The notes below the pieces were generated by a model that searched no databases, had not been told where the DNA came from, and was given only the letters and a program-made list of their open reading frames with translations. From assembly GCA_964566575.1 (NCBI GenBank), contig CAZMKD010000147.1, positions 13,001 through 77,000 on the forward strand: 64,000 nt of DNA, read 5' to 3'. How positions within the stretch are numbered: the stretch's first letter is position 1; each line of letters begins with the position of its first letter. The position numbers and the translations under genes are program-made. Source of the stretch: an uncultured Verrucomicrobiota bacterium. GTDB lineage: Bacteria > Verrucomicrobiota > Verrucomicrobiia > Palsa-1439. Shown piece by piece: positions 20,264 through 27,089 of the stretch.

Positions 20264-20323
20264 ATCAAGCTGGAGACGTCTCTGAAGGAAGTCCGCATCC
20301 TCGACGCCCGACCGAAGGCGTAG
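20264..20323 (+). pseudogene. displaced second copy of the last 19 codons of the PaaK-like gene
   Basis: Encodes IKLETSLKEVRILDARPKA*. This is the same peptide as 19930..19986, differing by 8 synonymous codon changes and no non-synonymous ones. Confidence 0.6.
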
Positions 20324-20382
20324 CGAGTCGGGCCAATACCAGTGGCCCTCAAGAACTGAAGCAAATGTCGGATGATATTAAA

Positions 20383-22950
20383 TCACGGGCCTAGCGGTTT
20401 GTTGTCCGGGCTGCCCTGGCCACTGCCCGGTGCGTCGTTTCCCTTCGGACTGCCCGGCGGCGCCGTGGCGATGACGTTGCGCGCCCCGTTAGAGCGTTTG
20501 CCGCAGTGCGATCTCGCCGCCTGGCTGACAATCTCGCCCTTCTGTTCCTCTGTAATCAGCCCGGCTGCCAGGAATTGGTTTGCGGCCTTGGCCACCCTCG
20601 ACACGTACTGACCGTGGTTTCTCCACGTCCCGCCAGCACGCGGTCCCGAGCACGGCACGAGTTGGTCAATGCTGCAGCCGTGGGTGTCAACGACCGCTCC
20701 CGCCACGGTGTTCGGGCATGAATCAAGGTCGTCACGCACTCCATCTCCGTCGCTGTCCGGGTTCTGGACTTCAAACGCGCCGATGTCGCTGCCGTCGCCG
20801 CCTGCGGCGTTGGCAATGGCGAGGAAGTTAACCGGCCGGGGGAAACCGCGCTGGTCGGTGGCCGCGCCGCTGAAGTTCTTGCCCTGATCAATAGCCGGGC
20901 TGCCGGGGAACAGCGCGTGTGTAAAGGTCGGGCCGCCGTTGTCCGCCAGCGGGCCGAGCAGTGGAGGAGTGTTGGTCTGGTCGCCGGTGTTGGTTAAGAA
21001 GCCGCCACCGTCATCGCTGCTCAGGTTGTAGCCGAGCGAGGTGACCGTGCCGTTTTGATTGCTGATGGTGCTGCCCGAAGCGCCAGCGTTTAGGATGGTG
21101 CTGCCGATTTCCAACGTCGCGCTGGTGCCGCCAAAATCTTCGTTGAAGATGCCGCCACATCCAACCTCGGCCGAGTTGCCGCTCACTGTGCTGTTGGCAA
21201 TCGTCAGCGTCCCGCCGGCGTTGTAGATGCCGCCGCCTTCACCTTGGCCTTCACCCTGGGCCGAGTTGCCGCTGAGGGTGCTGTTGGCGATCTGCACGGT
21301 CGCGCTGCTTTGAAAAGCTTCATTCAAGATGCCGCCGCCGAAGGTGGCCGAGTTGCCGCTGAGGGTGCTGTTGGCAATCGTCAGCGTCGCGCTGCCACCA
21401 TTGAAAGCTGCGTTGTAGATGCCGCCGCCTTCATACTGGGACGAGTTGCCGCTGAGGGTGCTGTTGCTAACCGTCAGCGTCGCGCTGCCATTGTTTCCGT
21501 CGTTCCAAATGCCGCCGCCGGAGACAGCCCTGTTGAGGCTCAGCGTGCTGTCGACAACCGTCAGGCTCGCGCTCCCGGTTCTACCGTCGTTGTAAATGCC
21601 GCCGCCGCCGTAGCCGGCCGAGTTGCCGCTCAGGGTGCTGTTGGCAATCGTCAGCATCCCGAAGTTGTCGATGCCGCCGCCGCTACCGGTGGCCGAGTTG
21701 CCAATGAGAGTGCAGTCGCTGACAGTCAGCGTCGCGTGGTCGTTGTAGATGCCGCCGCCCGCGTCGTCTGGGAAATTGAGGCCGGCAGTGTGACCGTTGG
21801 TAATCGTCAGGCTGGAGATGGTGACGGTTACGGCGTTCGTAATGTGAAACACGCGGCTGGCGGCGTTGCCGTCCACCGCCAGATTGCCGGGGCCGGGGCC
21901 GATGATGGTCACGCTTTTCGTGACGAGCAGTTCGCCGCTGGTCAGCAGAATGGTGCCGGAGACGCCGGTAGCATCAATGATGTCGCCGTCCGACGCACAC
22001 GCCAGTGCCGCGCGCAACGAGCCGGGGCCGCTGTCAGCGGTGGTCGTGACAAGGGGTGGAGAGCACGGAAACCAAAGAATCGCGTCGTTTTGGCCCGTGG
22101 AACTATTATACGCGTATCCAACGATGTTGCTATTGGCATCAACACCTTGCGCAAAGGAACTCGTGTAGTTCGACGAGAGGAAGCTGTGTAGGTCCACCGC
22201 GCTGGCTGCGGTGCCGGACCACAACAGTGCGTGGGGGTTGCCGCCCGCCATGGTTCCGTCGCCGACCTGCTGGCTACCGGAAAGGCCGAGGGCTTCCGAC
22301 ACAATGAATCCACTGGGGTTGAGGTCCACGGCGCTGACGGCCGTGCCGGACCATAACAGAGCGTGGACGTTGCCGCCCGTGCTGGGGCCGTATCCGTGGC
22401 CGACCTGCTGGCTACCGGAAATGCCGTTGGCGATCGAGTCAGTGAACCCGCTGGGGTGTAGGTCCACGGCGCTGGCCGCCGTGCCAGACCACAACAGCGC
22501 GTGATTGTTGAAGCCCGCCATGGTTCCGTTGCCGACCTGCTGGCTACCGGAAACGCCGAGGGCGTACGACCAACTGAACCCGCTGGGGTGTAGGTCCACG
22601 GCGCTGGCCGCTGTGCCAGACCACAACAGCGCATGGCTGTTGCCGCCCGTGCCGGGGCCGTATCCGTTGCCGACCTGCTGGCTGCCGGAAATGCCGCCGG
22701 CACCCGACTCAGTGAATCCGCTGGGGTTGAGGTCCACGGCGCTGGCCGCTGTGCCAGACCACAACAGCGCATGGCTGTTGCCGCCTGTGAGGCCGGAGCC
22801 GACCTGCTGGCTACCGGAAATGCCGAGGGCGGCCGAATCAATGAACCCGCTGGGGTTGAGGTCAATGAATGTGTACTGCGCTTCGACCGCCACGGGCACG
22901 GCCACAATCGCCAGCGCGAGCATCCAAATGGTTTGTTTTCTCGATTTCAT
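20383..22950 (-). CDS. secreted beta-propeller-like/right-handed beta-helix adhesin-like protein with thrombospondin-type-3 (calcium-binding) repeat
   Basis: 855 aa. Signal peptide, then about six units of 'HALLWSGTAASAVDLNPSGF..GISGSQQVGNG', then GGGIYN/ANSTLSGNSA parallel beta-helix repeats, then a DSDGDGVRDDLD calcium-binding repeat. Confidence 0.8.
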   Translation of the reverse strand: MKSRKQTIWMLALAIVAVPVAVEAQYTFIDLNPSGFIDSAALGISGSQQVGSGLTGGNSHALLWSGTAASAVDLNPSGFTESGAGGISGSQQVGNGYGPGTGGNSHALLWSGTAASAVDLHPSGFSWSYALGVSGSQQVGNGTMAGFNNHALLWSGTAASAVDLHPSGFTDSIANGISGSQQVGHGYGPSTGGNVHALLWSGTAVSAVDLNPSGFIVSEALGLSGSQQVGDGTMAGGNPHALLWSGTAASAVDLHSFLSSNYTSSFAQGVDANSNIVGYAYNSSTGQNDAILWFPCSPPLVTTTADSGPGSLRAALACASDGDIIDATGVSGTILLTSGELLVTKSVTIIGPGPGNLAVDGNAASRVFHITNAVTVTISSLTITNGHTAGLNFPDDAGGGIYNDHATLTVSDCTLIGNSATGSGGGIDNFGMLTIANSTLSGNSAGYGGGGIYNDGRTGSASLTVVDSTLSLNRAVSGGGIWNDGNNGSATLTVSNSTLSGNSSQYEGGGIYNAAFNGGSATLTIANSTLSGNSATFGGGILNEAFQSSATVQIANSTLSGNSAQGEGQGEGGGIYNAGGTLTIANSTVSGNSAEVGCGGIFNEDFGGTSATLEIGSTILNAGASGSTISNQNGTVTSLGYNLSSDDGGGFLTNTGDQTNTPPLLGPLADNGGPTFTHALFPGSPAIDQGKNFSGAATDQRGFPRPVNFLAIANAAGGDGSDIGAFEVQNPDSDGDGVRDDLDSCPNTVAGAVVDTHGCSIDQLVPCSGPRAGGTWRNHGQYVSRVAKAANQFLAAGLITEEQKGEIVSQAARSHCGKRSNGARNVIATAPPGSPKGNDAPGSGQGSPDNKPLGP
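22198..22870. repeat. about 126-144-bp tandem DNA repeats (5 units) inside the adhesin gene
   Basis: Near-identical units each begin GTCCACGGCGCTGGCCGC(T/C)GTGCCAGACCACAACAGCGC. They start at about 22198, 22325, 22463, 22589 and 22733. Confidence 0.7.
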
Positions 22951-23558
22951 ATTTGGCTCCCTACTTTCTTTCGGTCGTTGTTTACCGGATACTCGTCATG
23001 GCTGTGCTCCTGATCAGTTTCGTCTCATGGCACGATCCGAATGCGGCAGAACGTTGCCGGTTGCGTCGCGTGATCGTTCAAGGCACAACAGCGGCAGTGA
23101 TGGTGATGGCGATGAACGTTTCATGAGTTGACTCCTTGCAGGTGTGTGCGGAACCCGGTAAACCGGGGTCTGCGGGTTGATCCGAATCGGTCGAGCGAGG
23201 ACGCCGTGACGAGGAACTGTTCGCTCTCGCTGGTGAAGTCGTCTGCCGACGACAATGCACCCGCAAACGATCCGCCGGCACCGAGATGCGGTTGGAGGCG
23301 GGTCGATTGGGCTAAGCCCGAGTACGGTCCGTATGCCCAAGAGTTCATCTTTCCCTCGCCAGCCGACCAGAAAGCAGAAACGAGGTTTGACTTGCAAGCA
23401 AATAATTTGCTGGCGCGGGGGCAGGACCCGGTTCGTTACTACACGCTGAACTGGCGCTGAACCTGCGGTTGGCCACGGAGTAAAAGGATTTGCGTTGAAT
23501 CGCTCTCTCGCGTTGAGAGCGTCATGCGGTCGTGTTAGCCTGCCGTCGCGTGGAGCGG

Positions 23559-23771
23559 TTACCCGGCGACCGGGGCGGCATTCTTCAGTGCGGCTTCGAG
23601 CGCGTTGAGCAAGCGCTCCTTTTGACGAACCACAGATTGTTGCGCGTCGAGCTTCTTTTCCAACGTCAGCCCCGACTCGGCTTCGGTGAGCCGTAGGAGC
23701 CGGTCGCCGCCGACTAGCTTGATCAGGTCGATCTGGATTTTGCTGCGATCCATCATGACTCTATTCTCCAT
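23559..23771 (-). CDS. hypothetical small protein (about 70 aa), overlapping the upstream gene by 11 nt
   Basis: MENRVMMDRSKIQIDLIKLVGGDRLL.... Its ATG lies inside the stop region of the upstream gene, which suggests translational coupling. Confidence 0.4.
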   Translation of the reverse strand: MENRVMMDRSKIQIDLIKLVGGDRLLRLTEAESGLTLEKKLDAQQSVVRQKERLLNALEAALKNAAPVAG

Positions 23772-24153
23772 GAAAACCGTGGAATTGCAACAGTCGGTTG
23801 AGATTCTCCGGCGACGCATCGCCCCAGCGCGCTTGGGCGACCTTGGCGGCCCGTTCAAAATCGCCCTCGTTGAACTCCATCAGGCTGGAGGGCGGCAGCC
23901 AACTCGCCACGGTTGCGGCTTCCAGAATCTCGTGATACAGCGTCACGGATAATTCTTCTTCGCTCAGCCCGTGGCGGATCAGCAGGTGAAATTCGCGTCC
24001 CGTGAGCCGCGTCTGGGCGAGCGATTCGCGTCCCAAGGCATCCACGATTGGCTCGCGTGTGAACTCGACGGTTGCGACCACAAAGCCACCATGTAGCCGG
24101 AGGTTATTGAACGCGGCGTGGTCAATCATGGCGGGCTGCTTCTTACCCCGCCA
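23761..24153 (-). CDS. hypothetical protein (about 130 aa), first gene of an overlapping pair
   Basis: MIDHAAFNNLRLHGGFVVATVEF...LYHEILEAATVASW.... GC3 is high, so it looks coding. I do not recognise any family. The longer track ORF (to 24762) overlaps the convincing methyltransferase gene on the other strand and is rejected. Confidence 0.5.
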   Translation of the reverse strand, partial: WRGKKQPAMIDHAAFNNLRLHGGFVVATVEFTREPIVDALGRESLAQTRLTGREFHLLIRHGLSEEELSVTLYHEILEAATVASWLPPSSLMEFNEGDFERAAKVAQARWGDASPENLNRLLQFHGFHGE

Positions 24154-24234
24154 TGCGGACGAGGCCAAGCCTTTTCGGGTGGCGTCCCCACAATCCTTTT
24201 GCCGGTGGAGGTGGCCGCGTGTTAGCCTCCCGCC

Positions 24235-24984
24235 ATGCGCGAACTCAAGAGCTGGTATCAGGACGACAATTTCTGGAAAGTCGTCGAGCCGATCCTGTTC
24301 GGCGAGAAGCGCGTTGCCAACGCTGCGGCCGAAGTCGATCAACTCACCAACCTCCTCAAGCTGCAAACGCCGGCCAAAGTGCTCGACCTCTGTTGCGGCC
24401 TCGGCCGGCACAGCCTCGAATTCGCGCGGCGTGGTTTCGCCGTGACTGGTGTGGATCGCACCGGCGTTTACCTGCGCCGCGCCCAGAAGCAAGCCGACGC
24501 CGAAGGATTGAAAATCGAATTCGTGCAAGAGGACATGCGCCAGTTCTGCCGGCCCAACGCCTTCGACCTCACGCTGAACTTGTTCACCTCGTTCGGCTAC
24601 TTCGAAAGCCCGGCCGAGGACCGACGCGTCCTCGTCAACGTCCACAAATCCCTCAAGCCCGGGGGCCGGCTCGTCATGGACCTGATAGGCAAGGAAATCA
24701 TCGCCCGTATTTTCCGCGAACGCGACTGGCACGAAGAAGACGGCGTCATCTGGCTCGAACAACGCAGCATCAGCCAGGACTGGTCATGGATCGACAACCG
24801 CTGGATTCTATTGCGTGGCGACAGGCGCGACGAGTTCCGCGTCTCCCACCGCATCTACTCCGCCGCCGAACTGACCGGCCTGCTCAAGGATTGCGGCTTC
24901 AAGAAAGTTCAAACCCACGGTAGCTTTGCCGGCACGCCGTACGATCACGTCGCGGAACGGTTGGTAGTTGTAGCGCACAAGTAG
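24235..24984 (+). CDS. class I SAM-dependent methyltransferase
   Basis: VLDLCCGLGRHSLEFARRGFAVTGVD (motif I) followed by LKPGGRLVMD. Confidence 0.85.
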   Translation: MRELKSWYQDDNFWKVVEPILFGEKRVANAAAEVDQLTNLLKLQTPAKVLDLCCGLGRHSLEFARRGFAVTGVDRTGVYLRRAQKQADAEGLKIEFVQEDMRQFCRPNAFDLTLNLFTSFGYFESPAEDRRVLVNVHKSLKPGGRLVMDLIGKEIIARIFRERDWHEEDGVIWLEQRSISQDWSWIDNRWILLRGDRRDEFRVSHRIYSAAELTGLLKDCGFKKVQTHGSFAGTPYDHVAERLVVVAHK

Positions 24985-24992
24985 TACCGGAT

Positions 24993-25075
24993 TGTAGGAG
25001 CGCCCTTCCGGGCGCGACCGGGTGGAGTGCTGATTCCATCCCCACAGCCCTCGCGCCCGGAAGGGCGCTCCCACA
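24993..25075. repeat. REPIN copy B
   Basis: TGTAGGAGCGCCCTTCCGGGCGCGA, a 33-nt spacer, then TCGCGCCCGGAAGGGCGCTCCCACA. It starts 9 nt after the methyltransferase stop. Confidence 0.85.
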
Positions 25076-25135
25076 ACCAGAGCCGGCACAGACGCCGCAT
25101 TGCAGGGATGCCGGCCGCATGTTACTCTGGCTCGC

Positions 25136-26374
25136 ATGACGCGACTGGCCATCATCGACGGGGTGCGGACGCCGTTCTGCAAAGCCGGAACGGACCTCAA
25201 AGCATTGCCGGCGCAAGACCTCGGCCGCATCGTCGTCAGCGAAGTGCTGGAACGCACGAGCTTCAAGCCCGGTAAGGTCTCGCAAGTCATCTTCGGCTGC
25301 GTCGCGCAACCGGCGGAAGCCGCCAACATCGCACGCGTCATCGCCCTCAACGCCGGCATCCCGCACGAAGTTCCCGCGTACACCGTGCATCGCAATTGCG
25401 CGAGCGGCTTCGAGGCGATCACCAGCGCGTATGAGAAAATGGTGGCCGGGCAGGGTGATGTGTTTGTCGTCGGCGGCACCGAAAGCATGTCGAACATCCC
25501 GCTGCTGTATTCGACCGCCGCTGCCGAGAAGTTCGCCGCGCTCGCAAAGGCGAAGAGCTTGCCGGACAAGGTCCGCGCCGCTCTCGGTTTTCGGCCATCG
25601 GACTTCCGTCCTCGCATCGGCATCATGCTCGGTCTCACCGATCCAACTTGCGGCCTCAACATGGGGCAAACGGCAGAGGTTCTTTACCGGGATTTCGGCA
25701 TCAGCCGGGAAGACCAGGACCGGTTCGCGCTCGATTCGCACTTGAAAGCAGCAAAAGCGCGGGCGAAGTTGCACGAAGAGATTACCACTGTTTATTTGCC
25801 GCGCGGGAAGTTCACGCAAGACGACAACGGCGTTCGCGAGAATCAGACGATGGAGGCGCTGGCGAAGCTAAAGCCAGTCTTCGCGAAGCACAACGGCACC
25901 GTAACAGCCGGCAATTCCTCGCAACTCACCGACGGCGCCGTCGCGTTGCTGGTGATGAGCGAAGACAAAGCACGCGAGTTGAAGTTGGATCCGCTCGGTT
26001 ATCTTCGCAGCTACGCGTATGCCGGTTGTGAGCCGCAGCGTATGGGGCTTGGCCCGGCCTACGCGATTCCGGAGGCACTCGAAGCGGCGCGCGTCCGGTG
26101 GGACGAGATCCAACTGATCGAAATCAACGAAGCGTTCGCCGTGCAAGTGCTCGCCGTCGAAACGTTCCTGCGCAAGCAATCCGGTTTGACCATCAACCGC
26201 GACCTGCTCAACGTCAACGGCGGCGCGATCGCGCTCGGTCACCCGGTCGGTGCGAGCGGTGCACGGCTCGTATTGACTCTGCTGAAGGAAATGAAGCGCC
26301 GAAACCTGAAGACCGGTCTGGCCTCGGCTTGTGTCGGCGGCGGGCAGGGGGCGGCGTTGGTTGTGGAGAGATGA
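25136..26374 (+). CDS. fadA: acetyl-CoA C-acyltransferase (thiolase, FadA-like)
   Basis: NRNCASGFEAI (the active-site Cys region) and the C-terminal GGAIALGHPVGASGARL and CVGGGQG. Confidence 0.9.
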   Translation: MTRLAIIDGVRTPFCKAGTDLKALPAQDLGRIVVSEVLERTSFKPGKVSQVIFGCVAQPAEAANIARVIALNAGIPHEVPAYTVHRNCASGFEAITSAYEKMVAGQGDVFVVGGTESMSNIPLLYSTAAAEKFAALAKAKSLPDKVRAALGFRPSDFRPRIGIMLGLTDPTCGLNMGQTAEVLYRDFGISREDQDRFALDSHLKAAKARAKLHEEITTVYLPRGKFTQDDNGVRENQTMEALAKLKPVFAKHNGTVTAGNSSQLTDGAVALLVMSEDKARELKLDPLGYLRSYAYAGCEPQRMGLGPAYAIPEALEAARVRWDEIQLIEINEAFAVQVLAVETFLRKQSGLTINRDLLNVNGGAIALGHPVGASGARLVLTLLKEMKRRNLKTGLASACVGGGQGAALVVER

Positions 26375-26394
26375 ACGAGGCAAGGAACAGCAAT

Positions 26395-26469
26395 TGTGGG
26401 AGCACCCTTCCGGGCGCGATTCCGGCCGCATCGCCACAAACCGGTCGCGCCCGGAAGGGCGCTCCCACA
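26395..26469. repeat. REPIN copy C
   Basis: TGTGGGAGCACCCTTCCGGGCGCGA, a spacer, then TCGCGCCCGGAAGGGCGCTCCCACA. Confidence 0.85.
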
Positions 26470-26721
26470 ACAACATCGAAGCCGCAACTGCCGCATTCTT
26501 CCGCCCTGCGCAAAGGCCGCTGGTCATGGCCGAATCATTGTTACTTCGTCACGACCAATGCAGCGGATATGAAGCCGATGTTCGCACACAAAGAGGCAGC
26601 CCATGTCGTCATCGAGTCACTGGTCTGGCTTCAGCAGGAGGGGCGAATCAGGCTAATGGGATTTGTCGTCATGCCGGATCATGTGCATCTGGCGTTTGTG
26701 TTGTGCGATGCGCGCGACCGG

Positions 26722-26793
26722 TCGCGCGCAGAAGCGCGCTCCCACAATCAGAAGGACAAGGCTGCCATTGTGGGAGCGCCCTTCCGGGCGCGA
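26722..26793. repeat. REP arms (one variant arm plus one canonical arm) inserted in frame inside the RAYT coding sequence
   Basis: TCGCGCGCAGAAGCGCGCTCCCACA ... TGTGGGAGCGCCCTTCCGGGCGCGA. It translates as ...CDARDRSRAEARSHNQKDKAAIVGAPFRARSG... between the HVHL motif and the SFKGYTGKKIN segment. Confidence 0.8.
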
Positions 26794-27064
26794 TCTGGAT
26801 TGTCGGTGGTGATGAATTCATTCAAAGGCTACACCGGCAAGAAGATCAACGAGTTGCTCGGCCGGCATGGGGACGTGTGGCAACCGGCCTACTACGAGCA
26901 TCTGGTCCGAGACGAAAAGGACTTTCGCGCACGGCTCGATTACATGCACGCCAATCCGATTCGCAAAGGGCTGGCGCAATTCGAGGTGGACTGCGAATTC
27001 TCGAGCGCGAATCCGAAGTGTGCGCATTTGGTCGATTGGAACTGGCTATTTGGCGTTGAGCCGG

Positions 27065-27089
27065 TCGCGCCCGGAAGGGCGCTCCCACA
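27065..27089. repeat. single REP arm abutting the fadB start codon
   Basis: TCGCGCCCGGAAGGGCGCTCCCACA is followed immediately by the ATG at 27090. Confidence 0.8.

Noticed and set aside
22951-23558. A 600-bp intergenic region upstream of the adhesin, with ORFs 23128..23460 (+) and 23014..23397 (-)
   Set aside because: There are no recognisable motifs, the ORFs are mutually overlapping, and the composition is not distinctive. It is more likely the promoter and leader of the adhesin gene.
23686-23952. An 88-aa plus-strand ORF (MKTVELQQ...)
   Set aside because: It overlaps the two minus-strand ORFs, which have higher GC3 and an overlapping start/stop that looks translationally coupled. The preference for the minus-strand pair is weak.
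26331-27059. A 242-aa plus-strand ORF (GTG start) overlapping the RAYT region
   Set aside because: Its translation is largely REP-derived (...EHPSGRDSGRIATNRSRPEGRSHNN...). The conserved HUH/Tyr transposase motifs are in the other frame, 26512..27093.
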